This document shows, one piece after another, positions 49,201-59,561 of a stretch of DNA of 64,000 bases. The DNA is from Craspedostauros australis (lineage: Eukaryota): positions 1-64,000 of the forward strand of contig JALAGF010001455.1 in the NCBI GenBank assembly GCA_030167865.1, read 5' to 3'. Position numbers and translations under genes: made by a program. Positions within the stretch are counted from its first letter, which is position 1, and each line of letters starts with the position of its first letter. The notes under the pieces are model-generated. The model saw nothing but the letters and a program-made list of their open reading frames with translations. It was not told the origin of the DNA and did no database searches.

Positions 49201-50456
49201 CGGAGGTGGTCGTGCGCAAGACGGTGGAGGCAGCACCGGCGGCATACGATCAAACGAGGTTGGACGGTATATCTCAGCTGTGGGGTCTCCCGCCAGAAAG
49301 TCTGGATGACTACCGTGAGCTGGAACAGCCGGAACCGATCGAGGAGGTTTCGTACTCCAACACGATGCAGCTTTGGGGGCTTCCAGGAGAAACCGATGTG
49401 CAACAGGACGATGGCGAAATCGTCGGCACCGACTTCAAAGGGATCTCGGAATTGTGGAGCAATGAACGGCCATCAATGGCTTTGGAACGGAACGGTCCGT
49501 CGAATGGCGGGAGTATGCCTACATCAACAGCGACCTTGACGGGAGGTGGGGAGACTTTTGGTGGATCCTTCGATTCTCTGCCATGGTTCGATGAAGTTGG
49601 AGCCGATGGCAACGAGTATAGATTGAGCCAAATGCTTGCCGATGAAGTTTGGGAGGAAGAAGTCGAAGAACACGAACCAATCACGTACGAAGAGTACCAG
49701 GAGCAGGTTTCCGAGATCATGTCGAAGGCTGAAGAGGAAATGTTGGAGACGCAGGCAATTCTGGATGCGGCTCCCGGTACCGACCCCAAGGGATGGGACG
49801 TCGAAGAGGAGAAACATGAAGCGAACGTCGCCAATCACACGGAAGTGGCGGGAACAGAGGAGGGAGGCGGTGTTGGCGCTGTTGACGGTAGCAGTGAGGA
49901 AGCAGAAATGCTTGAAGACGCCTCTCTCGATGCATTGGAGATGGACCTGCAGAGCATCCCGATTGAAGAGGAAGGGGAGGAGTCCGTAGATCAAGACGGC
50001 GAAGCGCCTTCGGGTGCCAAGAGCGGCGAGGAACAGGACGACATCAGTCTTGGCTATGGCGATGGCGATAGCAATTCTACGGATGATAAAGAGGTTTACG
50101 AGGACGTGTTCAAACAAATGAATGATGTGGATTCGGAACAAGATGATGTCGCTGCTACGAACGGAGAAGCCGCGAACGGCTCGGGAGATTCGGAGAACGC
50201 GAACAGCCATTTTGCTCACGTTTCTGAGAACGACGACAACAGCGACGCCGATACAGACACGCTCATGGACGCAACGACGAACGGCGATGTGACACATGCA
50301 GGAGGTGATGACAAAGAAAGCTCGTCGAGCGAAGCTGCTGGTGCAGACGAAACGGATACGCCATCCAACTCCGGCAAGGCGGGGGACAGCACCGATACTG
50401 ACAGCGACAACGACAGCAGCGGCGGTGGTGACAAAAAGAGCTCAAGGGATGATTGA
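46232..50456 (+). CDS. Bestrophin-family anion channel with probable signal/plastid targeting peptide and about 830-aa acidic tail, 2 exons: 46232-46627, 46887-50456
   Basis: FDPSSGW|IWRRWKGTVF, TTFTLTFFVNQSYALWR, MPLAYTHIVQVLVD and YQGLFDLAKQFLDPYD. Hydrophobic N-terminal signal followed by an S/T/R-rich transit-like segment. Intron 46628-46886 is GTGAGT..CAG. Confidence 0.85.
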
Positions 50457-50601
50457 AATGAATGAAATCATGGGAGTACCTGCAAAGAAATAATAGAAAA
50501 TCCTGGCGATGCATTGAAAAAAGTTGACATAACTCCTGACCTACGGGTGCGATGGGGAGGAGGTGTATGATATTGGTGTGCGCAGTGTGCCTGCGGGCAC
50601 G

Positions 50602-51978
50602 CTATGATGATGATGGCTTTGTGTGCCACAGATACAGCGCACGGTCGTAGAAGGAGCAGCTTGCAGCAAATTCGACGCTCTTCGCCTCCGCTTTGTTCGA
50701 TGGCAGGTGATACAACCAATCGGCACCGTACGCCATGGATTCGTGCTTGGTAAATTTGCTTTGAATGTCGATGGTTACATCACCGTGCGCGGCGGCCATC
50801 TCATCGTCGACTAACATACCATCCATTCGTACCGTGCGACATCCACCGTGCATGGCACCCACCAGCAGTCTATCGTTGTCGATTGGATGCCATTTGAGTC
50901 GCCATATCCCTCCACCCAGCGATGGATGGGAGCACAGTGGTTTGGAAAAGTTCCTCGCGTCGTAAATGGCCACGGACTCGTCGTAGCTGCCAGCCGCAAC
51001 GATGTGATCCATGCGGGGATGCGGCGACAGCACCGTCACGCCAGCTGTGAAGTCTGTCAGGGTGTGGGCGGGCCGAGGCGTGCCTCCGCCTGAGGAGATG
51101 GTGCGCAGATCCCAGACTTTCAATTTGCCTTCGTCGCCGCCGGACAGGAGCATATTGGAATACGGGTCGGGACCGACGAAGGAAACGGACCAAACCTCTG
51201 CTGGGTGCTGGGCAAAGAGCGTGTGGGCGTGCCAAGACTGCTGCAACTCCAACGATTGTGTCGCCGCGTCGTATTGGTGGATCGCAACATGGCCGTGGCT
51301 GTAGGATGAAGCGATACGGGGAGATGACGACGACGACAACGACGACGACAACGACGACGACGCGGGTTGTTGTTGATCCCATCCAACGGCCAGGCACAAC
51401 CCATGTTGGCCGCTGGATGATTCGATCGGTTGGCTCTTGGTGATGAACTTTGCTTCGAATGGAAACGTGTCTGCTTCTGTTTGAGTGTTGGAAGATGAAG
51501 ATGTTGATGACGACCGGATGGAATGCAAGCACACTTCGCCAGACGCATGTGCCGTCGCGTACCACCAATCACTATCTGCAACCACCGTGGCGGATGATGA
51601 CGACGATGCTGGCGTGTACCATTTACCATCGAGGATCCCCGAGGTTGGCTCGGGCCCATCATCCTTGCCCATGATGGACAATGGCTTCCCAAAGTCCGTT
51701 GTGTGGACGTTGTCGGGTGGGACTTTGACCGCAAACAGATCCAACGTTCCCAACCGGGTCTCCCCATCTTCCTGCAGTTCGTAGCAGGCCATCATGACTG
51801 GCCACACATGTCTATCGCTGGTTGTGCCATCGTCATTGGCGTCCGCGATGGTGACGGTAAAGACCGGAACGGCCTCCTGGATGGACTCCACACTGCACGG
51901 ATTCAGCGACGTCTTGACCAAGTCAACATGCGGCAGTTCGGGGACAGAATCTGATGCCTCTCCTTCTATTGAATCCAT
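50602..51978 (-). CDS. DPH7: WD40 protein, diphthine methylesterase (DPH7/WDR85/RRT2)
   Basis: YEL..GILDGKW, LSGGDEGKLKVWDLR, GSYDE, LGGGIWRLKWHP, MHGG, HESMAYGADW and ASCSFYD. Confidence 0.88.
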   Translation of the reverse strand: MDSIEGEASDSVPELPHVDLVKTSLNPCSVESIQEAVPVFTVTIADANDDGTTSDRHVWPVMMACYELQEDGETRLGTLDLFAVKVPPDNVHTTDFGKPLSIMGKDDGPEPTSGILDGKWYTPASSSSSATVVADSDWWYATAHASGEVCLHSIRSSSTSSSSNTQTEADTFPFEAKFITKSQPIESSSGQHGLCLAVGWDQQQPASSSLSSSLSSSSSPRIASSYSHGHVAIHQYDAATQSLELQQSWHAHTLFAQHPAEVWSVSFVGPDPYSNMLLSGGDEGKLKVWDLRTISSGGGTPRPAHTLTDFTAGVTVLSPHPRMDHIVAAGSYDESVAIYDARNFSKPLCSHPSLGGGIWRLKWHPIDNDRLLVGAMHGGCRTVRMDGMLVDDEMAAAHGDVTIDIQSKFTKHESMAYGADWLYHLPSNKAEAKSVEFAASCSFYDRALYLWHTKPSSS

Positions 51979-52295
51979 CGTGCGGCGTTCTATTCCGATG
52001 GTACGTATTCTATAATCTTATATGTAATATAACATGTGGCGCTTCTATGATGTTGTTGGGTGATGATCGTAGAATACCATACCAGGACGAGCAACGCATG
52101 ATGTAACCTCCATCCACATCACAGAAATTGACATCGCGCGTTTTGTGTGGTTGTGGCGCCAAAAATCGCCGAAACAAAGATCTGATTTGAGTCGTCCGAG
52201 TCGGACATTATCAATGATTGGGATGCTGGGTGGCAACTGCGACGATTGTTCTACCTCGGTTATTCTGCCATGCTCTACTCTATTCTTCTCTACTG

Positions 52296-53354
52296 TCATG
52301 AGAAAGCGTGATTGCCGCGATTGGATCCGCGGCGCCGCAAGGTCCTCCGTTCCTTGGGACTCAGTTCATCCCACCGCTTCTTGAGGGCCTTAATGCGATC
52401 CAAGGTGCCGGGATGCGTCGATTCCCAATGCGTCGCACCATCGCTGCCGCTGGGCTGCGAATCCCACAGCTTCTGCAAAAGCGTGGCCATCGCCTCTGGG
52501 TTGTATCGTCCGCTTCCCAAGAGCAGATTCCAGCTGGTGTCATCCGCTTCGTATTCGTCCTTGCGAGAAAAGGCCTGCTGGCCCAAGAAATCGGCCGACG
52601 ACACCACGGTCTCTCGAATCTTGTTGATCATGGCGTTTTGGTCGCCGCGTCTGGCGTTGTTACCATCGCCGTTTGGGAACTTGTGCACGATGTAGTCGAG
52701 CAAGAGCTTGATGACCTTGCGCTGCAGGATGCGCGCCTGGGAATGGCGGTTCAGGACGTGGCCCATCTCGTGGCCCAGCAGGGCCGCAACTTCGTCATCC
52801 GAAAGTCCCAGCGTGTCCATCAATCCGCTGGATACGCGGATAATGCCGCCGGGCAAGGCGAACGCGTTGATCATCTCCGCATCATCGAGGATGCTAAAAT
52901 CCCAACCGTACTTGGTGCTGTCGTCGAGATGCGCCGATGTGACCAGCTGGTCGCCGATGGACTTGACGCGAGAGGCGGCCCTGTGATAGTGGTTGGTGCG
53001 CATGCCCGATTGTTGCCAAGCCTGGATGCCCAAACTGACATCCTCCTCGATCGGAATCTCCGCCAGCATTATGTTGACGATGGCATCCGAGACTGGCGTC
53101 AAGTAGAAGACGGAAAGGGAGATGAGGGACATGAGGATGACTGTGATCTGCTGACGAGAAAGTGTGAAGCCGTCGGTCGCGGTCGCATTGAAGTTGGCGC
53201 CACCTAAATCCGGCTGGTACGGGTTTCCACCGCCGCCGTTGCCTCCGTAGACTCTGCCATTGGCTTGGTGCGGCTGCTGCCGCCGTCTTGCACCGAAATC
53301 CTGCCGCTGCGGCCGATCCCGCGGTTCGTAGTGGGGATTACGTATGCTGTGCAT
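52296..53354 (-). CDS. Peptidase M48 family metalloprotease (OMA1-like)
   Basis: One TM segment, then INAFALPGG, LLGHEMGH (HExxH), FSRKDEYEAD and STHP..RI. Confidence 0.88.
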   Translation of the reverse strand: MHSIRNPHYEPRDRPQRQDFGARRRQQPHQANGRVYGGNGGGGNPYQPDLGGANFNATATDGFTLSRQQITVILMSLISLSVFYLTPVSDAIVNIMLAEIPIEEDVSLGIQAWQQSGMRTNHYHRAASRVKSIGDQLVTSAHLDDSTKYGWDFSILDDAEMINAFALPGGIIRVSSGLMDTLGLSDDEVAALLGHEMGHVLNRHSQARILQRKVIKLLLDYIVHKFPNGDGNNARRGDQNAMINKIRETVVSSADFLGQQAFSRKDEYEADDTSWNLLLGSGRYNPEAMATLLQKLWDSQPSGSDGATHWESTHPGTLDRIKALKKRWDELSPKERRTLRRRGSNRGNHAFS

Positions 53355-54131
53355 GGTCGTCCTGGCGCTCGTGCAGTGGAGTTGCGACGTGGAGTTTTAC
53401 TGCAGAGTGGGGTTGAATAGTAGGGTGGAGTAGAGTAGAGCAGAATGGGGAAACGGAAGGCTCACAGATCTTGATTCGATTGGCTGTCGTCGATGTTTGC
53501 ATCAATGCAAAAGGTACGTGATTTGCACCATCACAGCACTTCCTTCTTCCGCTTGTGAGCCTTGGGCTCGAGCTTGAGGTTTCGTATGGTAGAGTACAAG
53601 TATGTGCCAATAGTCGCACAGGAACAGAGGAGGCAGGCCATTGATGATGCTCCACCCATCACTCCTCAGATGGATGGATGTTGGTTGGCGGTTCGATTGG
53701 CGACGCCAAGAATCCCATTTTGTGTCGATTCCAGTCGTGACATTCTCTTCGTGTGTGTTTGAGATCGTTGTCACAAAGAATTCGAATGGATCGATTGTAT
53801 CCGTTGAGTTGACCCGTAGTCTGTCCTGCGTCGGTATTGTGCATGAAGAAACCGAATTCTGGCATTTGTTGCTGTTTCGCCTTGACGCCTCTCTTCTCTT
53901 TGTGTCTCGCCTTGTGGCCACCATCACGGATGGAGGAGCTGGAGCTGCGATGTGGCACCAGTTCTTCGCTCGCAGCTTGTGTTGTTCCACGGTTCTGCTC
54001 TCAACCACAAAGACACTGAACGTCCGCTCGAGAGAGACACAAGCGGAGCAGAGTAGAGTATAGCAGAGTAGAGTAAAGCAGAGCAGAATAGACTCCTGCT
54101 GTTATACACATTTGATTCGATACCGTAAGCA

Positions 54132-56630
54132 ATGTTGGCGCGATGGTTGGACCGTGATGGCATCGGACAGATGCTGGCACCGGACGAGGTGGTGGCCAAG
54201 GAACCCGTTGGGGATGACAAGAACAACTGGTTCTGGCAGATCGTGGCGCCAGATCCGAAGTTCGATCCCATCAAGGCACCGCCGGAAGAGGCCTTCCTGG
54301 TTGCCAAGATCAATGCTTTGCGCAACAGCACGGTTGCGTGTCAGCATTGCGGCAAGCAGACCAGCATCGCAAGTGCCTTTGGGGGTGGCGCGGTTGTTCC
54401 GCCTCTCAATCCGCAGCAGGCAGATGCTGCGTCTACTGCTGCTGCAGTTCCTGACAGTCCCGTAGTTTCGGACACCCCTGCATCGACCATTCCACCACCA
54501 GCACAAGCCCGCAGTTCCACGGAGCCGGTCCTGCCAGTCGCGGCAGTTCCAGAGACGCCACAGCCGTCCGAAATGCAGCACAAGGCAATGATGCTGCAAA
54601 CGCCATCGCCCGGCCACCCAATCACGGCCGCTTCTGGAGCCGTGGATCCTGCTTACAGCGGCAGGCCGTACAAATCGGATTCCGCGATCCAACTGGAGCA
54701 GCTGGTCCTATCCGCCGCCATGGAAACGGCCAGGAGCATGCACTCGCCGCCCAACCAAGCGGAGCAGCGCAACAAGATCTTCCGCATCTGCGGCAACCAC
54801 AAACCGCTCAATGACAAGCTCTCGGCAAGACTGCGCAAGTTGTTGACCAACGATCCCACCTTGCTCAATGCCCGCGCGACGCATCTTGGAATGCTGGTGC
54901 CGGATGGATACACGTGCTTCATGGCGGCTGCGCATGCGGGCAACGTGGAGGCTGCCAACATCGTGCTCGATGTCGCCTCCGCGCAAAACCAGGATGGCGA
55001 TGCCAGCATCACGGCCGATGTGGAGATGGATCGCGATCTGCAGGGACGCACGGCTCTTCACATCGCAGCCGAGATGGGGCATGTGGAGATCGTGGAGCTG
55101 CTGCAAGCCAGGCACGATGGTGATGCCATCGACGTTGGCACCGCCATTGGCGCAACGGACGAAACTTCCAAGCAGGATGATCCAGCAACAGCGAAGCAGC
55201 AACGACAGAAGAACAAGCAGATGCAGGCGCCTCTCGTGGACTTGCTGGGACGAACACCGTTCGGCCGCGTCATGACGTCACCCAATCCGAAGGCGCGCAA
55301 GAAGCAGAGAGAGCTGGAGCAGATCCTCTTCTCCCCCGTCGACTCCTCCATCCGCGGCGTCCCGAATCCGCTCTCGGAACGTGTCGGCGCCGACATGCTC
55401 TACAGGCAGCTCAAGGTCTTGTACGGCATTGCGGACATGCCCGGGATGAGGGTCACCATGGAGGATGCCATCAGCACGGCCTCCTGGAAGGACCCGACAA
55501 CGCAGGAGTACTTCACCTTGCTTGGTGTGTGCGATGGCCACGGCGATCACGGCCAGGTGTCCAAATTCATCGCCGACACAATTCCAAACAAGCTGCGAGA
55601 TATCCTCAAGGTGGAGCAGGAGGTCGTCATGGACAACAGCGGCGGCGATGCTCTACCAGCCGCACTGGATTGGCAAGCGATTTGGACGAAGACGTGCATG
55701 GAGACGGACATGCTGCTGCGTCAAGCGGCGCTGAAGGGCGGATCAACCGGCGTCTTCGCATTAATCACGGAAAAGTCCATCATCGTTGCCAACGTTGGCG
55801 ACAGCCGCAGCATCCTGGTGCAGTCCTCGGCAGGCATCGAACGCGCGCCAGAATCCATCGGATTGGAATCGGCATTGGAGCAGTTGCAATTGGGAGCAGC
55901 AACTGTCGCTGGGGATACAGCTGCCGAAACAAATTATCCCGAGGCCATCGATCAAGACGAGCCGCATCTGGTGAATGAGGAAGGATCAGACGAACAGCAA
56001 TCAGCTGATGACAAGCCAGCAGCGGCATCGAACAACGATGACGGTGCCGACAGCGCTGATGGCATCAACGTCATCCCGATGTCATTCGACCACAAACCAG
56101 ACAAGGAGGCAGAACGCATCGAGAATGCCGGACTCAAGGTCCAAGAGAGCAGGTTCATCGATGAGAATGAAAAGGAGCTGGTGTTCCACAAGATCATTCG
56201 ATCCAACGGAGACCAGCTTGCCGTTTCCCGCGCCTTCGGCGACTTCGAATACAAGACGAACAAGACGTTGGGACCCGAAGAACAGGCCGTCATCGCCGTG
56301 CCGGACGTGAAGATCCACCCACGCAACGTCCAGGTGGATCTGTACTTGGTGCTGGCATGCGACGGTATCTGGGACGTCATGTCCAACGTGGAAGTCGGCA
56401 AGTACGTGTCGCAGGAAATGGATGCGATCAAGACGCAGCCGCGACGCATCGATTCCACCGTATTGCCGCAGGTCGGCGATGCCTTGCTGTCCACCTGCTT
56501 GGACAAGGGTTCGCGGGACAACATGTCGGTCGTGCTGGTGGCGCTCAATCAAGGTGCGGAGCCGTTGGCACCGATCTCGGAGAGCAGCGGCGGCGATGAT
56601 GATGCCGTCAAGACTCTTAGCTTCGCTTGA
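54132..56630 (+). CDS. Ankyrin-repeat / PP2C (PPM) protein phosphatase fusion
   Basis: Ankyrin repeats GYTCFMAAAHAGNVE, GRTALHIAAEMGHVEIVELL and GRTPF. PP2C motifs MPGMRVTMEDA, GVCDGHG, GSTG, ANVGDSR, DHKP, LAVSRAFGD, LACDGIWDV and GSRDNMS. Confidence 0.9.
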   Translation: MLARWLDRDGIGQMLAPDEVVAKEPVGDDKNNWFWQIVAPDPKFDPIKAPPEEAFLVAKINALRNSTVACQHCGKQTSIASAFGGGAVVPPLNPQQADAASTAAAVPDSPVVSDTPASTIPPPAQARSSTEPVLPVAAVPETPQPSEMQHKAMMLQTPSPGHPITAASGAVDPAYSGRPYKSDSAIQLEQLVLSAAMETARSMHSPPNQAEQRNKIFRICGNHKPLNDKLSARLRKLLTNDPTLLNARATHLGMLVPDGYTCFMAAAHAGNVEAANIVLDVASAQNQDGDASITADVEMDRDLQGRTALHIAAEMGHVEIVELLQARHDGDAIDVGTAIGATDETSKQDDPATAKQQRQKNKQMQAPLVDLLGRTPFGRVMTSPNPKARKKQRELEQILFSPVDSSIRGVPNPLSERVGADMLYRQLKVLYGIADMPGMRVTMEDAISTASWKDPTTQEYFTLLGVCDGHGDHGQVSKFIADTIPNKLRDILKVEQEVVMDNSGGDALPAALDWQAIWTKTCMETDMLLRQAALKGGSTGVFALITEKSIIVANVGDSRSILVQSSAGIERAPESIGLESALEQLQLGAATVAGDTAAETNYPEAIDQDEPHLVNEEGSDEQQSADDKPAAASNNDDGADSADGINVIPMSFDHKPDKEAERIENAGLKVQESRFIDENEKELVFHKIIRSNGDQLAVSRAFGDFEYKTNKTLGPEEQAVIAVPDVKIHPRNVQVDLYLVLACDGIWDVMSNVEVGKYVSQEMDAIKTQPRRIDSTVLPQVGDALLSTCLDKGSRDNMSVVLVALNQGAEPLAPISESSGGDDDAVKTLSFA

Positions 56631-57389
56631 GGTTGACGGTGGCGGTCAAACTGATGCCACATTCTTGGTGGCATTTCACGATTACCAAGCACGCGAGTAC
56701 AACAAGGGACGAGGTCGCCGTCAGGCAGAGCGGGAGCATTCGACTGCTGGAACAATACAGACGAGACAAGGCAGTGAAGCTCCTGTACTCTTCTCGAATA
56801 GATGCGCAACAACATGGAAACGAGACTGCCGTACACACTCTAAAATAAACGAGAAGTGCCATAGAGTAGACAAACAACACATCAGGTCGTTGTCATTGCT
56901 CGAGTGCTGCTACTGTTACGATGACGGTTGTGTCGGCTGTCACTGCATCCGGATCCACACAATAACAATAACAACGACGGTGACGACAACGACATTCGCT
57001 GTGTTTCAGAAAAGGCATTTCATTATTTTGCTTATTTGCTTCGTGTTGCTGTTGCGCGTAATACGTGATGAATGGATCTGTTCGCGGCGCTTGCATGGTC
57101 TGCCAACAATCCACGATACCGGTGGGCTTGCTTTCAAGAGTAAGCAAGACAAACGATCGTCCTTGATTGACTGTTGCATTGCCGACAATTACCAACGATG
57201 TCATTCTCTGCTTCTTTCTCTGTCTCTCTCTCTCTTTGTTTTCATGTAGCGGTATTCTGCCAGCTTGACTTTTTCACTTGCTCCTTGCTGGCTGCTGTTG
57301 TCTTTTACTTGTAACATTGATTGCTGAACCTGTTGCATTGCATTGCGCTGCATGCAACTAGCCATCATTCTCTAACGCTCGTAGTATGT

Positions 57390-59561
57390 TCAATTGATCT
57401 TCTCCTCACCTTCCGTGAACTCGGCAAACTTGCTGAGGTCTGGGAGGGATGGTCGTCGGAATCCATCTGGCATGGTGATGGTGCCCTTGCGGCAGCACAC
57501 CACCATGTGCGGGATGTTGACGCCCAAGATCTTGCGCTGGAATCGTGCGATGGTCTTGGTGTACTCGTCCTTGGCGAAGACCTTGTTGAGGATGACGTCG
57601 CGGGTCTTGGCCTCAATGCGGACACCGTCCTGCTTGTACCAGGTGCGGATGAGGAAATCCTTGAAGGTGTTGCCAGCCTCGCTGTAGGTGTCGAAATCGG
57701 CGACGAGCACACGTCCTTGTTCGGAAAGCAAGACCTTTCCGGAGACGAGGGCCTCCTCCCATCGTGGGATCATGGAGAGAGAGTAGCTGAACGTGATGGT
57801 GTCGAATCCGCGGTTCAAGTCGGCGCCGGTGATCTTGGCGAGCTGCTCCTTGACGTCGTGGGCGTTGATGTCGAGGCAGACCCATTTGATCCTGGCGCAC
57901 TGCTCCTCTGTGAAGGACTTCTTGGCGCTGTCTTCTCCGATCTGAAGCAATTCTGGGCAAATGTCGAGGACGATGATGGATTCGAACTTGTCGAGCTGGG
58001 AGCGGAGGTAGTGCACGTTGCGGCCTGTTCCGCCACCGACATCGAGCCATGTCATGCCGTCGCGGACTGGACCGAATGCGGACATCATGTCCGGGCGTCC
58101 GACGAGCATGTTCTCACGAACGGCGTCGTACCCCTTGGCCTGGGCGGCGTAGAAGGAGGACATCTTGTCACCGTGCGCGCTGACACGCCCGGCAGTGATG
58201 GGGTGGAGGATCATCTTGGTGGTGGTGATGAATTTTCTCCAGGTGGAGGCCTTCTGACATGGCGATGGCTCGATGTCAACGAACGGGAAGTCGTCACGTG
58301 GCATGTAGGAGAGGAATGTGCCTGGGTACATCTTGACACGGTCCTTGGGGTACCACTTGGGGCTCAGGTCGTCAATGTCGAGGTTGTTGAAGAATGGCTT
58401 GTCCTCCATGTGGGTGAAGGCAGAGCGCCACAAGATCTTGGCGCCTGGAACGGTTGCGCGCTGCAGGGCGATCCACTCGTCATGGACCATGGAATTTGGC
58501 ATCCAGTCCATGTGATCGAGCAGGACGAGCTTGGTGAAGCTGTGCGGCTTGACGCGTTCCATGGTGTCCTGCACGGTGGCGTGGTGCCACTCGAAGCACG
58601 AGGCGTTGGCGCGAAGGCTGTCGAAGTGAGCCTTCTTGAGGGTTCGTGGGCAGCAGTCCTGGTCCTTGTAACCCTTCTCGTAGTAGAATCGGTAGAAGTA
58701 GTTGGTGCGACCGAATTCCGGATCGAGGAAGATCTCCTTGAGGATTCCCTCGTAGAATTCGACGGTGTAGAACTCCGGCCCGACCTGGTTTGGTGGCACT
58801 CCGGCGAATGGCGCGAGGATGCCTGGGAAGAGGCGGCGGAACCATCTGGCGGAATTCTCAATGACGTGGTAGTTTTCCTGCATGTACTTGTGAGAGAATC
58901 CGGTCTCAGCCCATGCCTTGACGTCGAAGCCGACGGAGTACATGAGGAAGGGGATGAGGTACTTGGCGGCGAATCCGCACGAACCGGAATTGGCAAAGCC
59001 CTTGCGGAAGACGCGCTCAATGCGGCCGTCCCACCACTTGCGTCCGCCGGCGGACATGGTGTGTCGCATGCGCTTCCACACGCGCAGCACGATGTCGACA
59101 TCGGAGCTGCCCCAAATTCCCCACCATTCCTCGTAGGTGAGCTTGGGGTCGCGCAGCATGCGGATCTTGAGCTCGAAGAGCCAGAGCTGGTGCTGGTTCA
59201 TGTCGCAGACGACGATCTTTTCTGGCCCCTCGATGGCGTAATCCAGGACGATGTCACCGGCGGAGCAGATTCGGAAAATCACGTCGTCGCTCTTGAGTTT
59301 GAGAATTTGGTGATCAACAGCAGGATCCTCCCAGCAGATGTTGTAGATGTAGGTGCGATTGACGATTGTGTCGATCATGTTGATGGACTTCTTCACGAGT
59401 GCCAGCGCCACCACGGAACCCGCAACACCAGCGGCTGCCATGCCGACGGTTGGGTTGATGTCGGCCTGAGCCTTGGTGACGGCAGTCGTCACGACAGTCG
59501 TCACAGCAGTCGTGACCGCATCGACCGCCTGGTCGAACATTTTCTGGGCCTTGACGCTCAT
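57390..59561 (-). CDS. BTA1: Betaine lipid (DGTS) synthase, BtaA(DUF3419)-BtaB(methyltransferase) fusion
   Basis: BtaA-like N-part: YIYNICWEDPAVD..ICSAGD..DMNQHQLWLFELK, NYFY, LDHMDW, ILWRSA, DRVKMY. BtaB-like C-part: SFYAAQAKGYDAVRE.ML.GR, WLDVGGGTGRN, VLDIC, ITFSYSLSMIP, VADF. Confidence 0.88.
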   Translation of the reverse strand: MSVKAQKMFDQAVDAVTTAVTTVVTTAVTKAQADINPTVGMAAAGVAGSVVALALVKKSINMIDTIVNRTYIYNICWEDPAVDHQILKLKSDDVIFRICSAGDIVLDYAIEGPEKIVVCDMNQHQLWLFELKIRMLRDPKLTYEEWWGIWGSSDVDIVLRVWKRMRHTMSAGGRKWWDGRIERVFRKGFANSGSCGFAAKYLIPFLMYSVGFDVKAWAETGFSHKYMQENYHVIENSARWFRRLFPGILAPFAGVPPNQVGPEFYTVEFYEGILKEIFLDPEFGRTNYFYRFYYEKGYKDQDCCPRTLKKAHFDSLRANASCFEWHHATVQDTMERVKPHSFTKLVLLDHMDWMPNSMVHDEWIALQRATVPGAKILWRSAFTHMEDKPFFNNLDIDDLSPKWYPKDRVKMYPGTFLSYMPRDDFPFVDIEPSPCQKASTWRKFITTTKMILHPITAGRVSAHGDKMSSFYAAQAKGYDAVRENMLVGRPDMMSAFGPVRDGMTWLDVGGGTGRNVHYLRSQLDKFESIIVLDICPELLQIGEDSAKKSFTEEQCARIKWVCLDINAHDVKEQLAKITGADLNRGFDTITFSYSLSMIPRWEEALVSGKVLLSEQGRVLVADFDTYSEAGNTFKDFLIRTWYKQDGVRIEAKTRDVILNKVFAKDEYTKTIARFQRKILGVNIPHMVVCCRKGTITMPDGFRRPSLPDLSKFAEFTEGEEKIN

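Noticed and set aside
2306-51978. XRN1, TOP3B, Pelota and DPH7 as an mRNA-surveillance cluster
   Set aside because: They are widely spaced, common eukaryotic genes, so co-occurrence in a gene-dense 64 kb window is plausible by chance.
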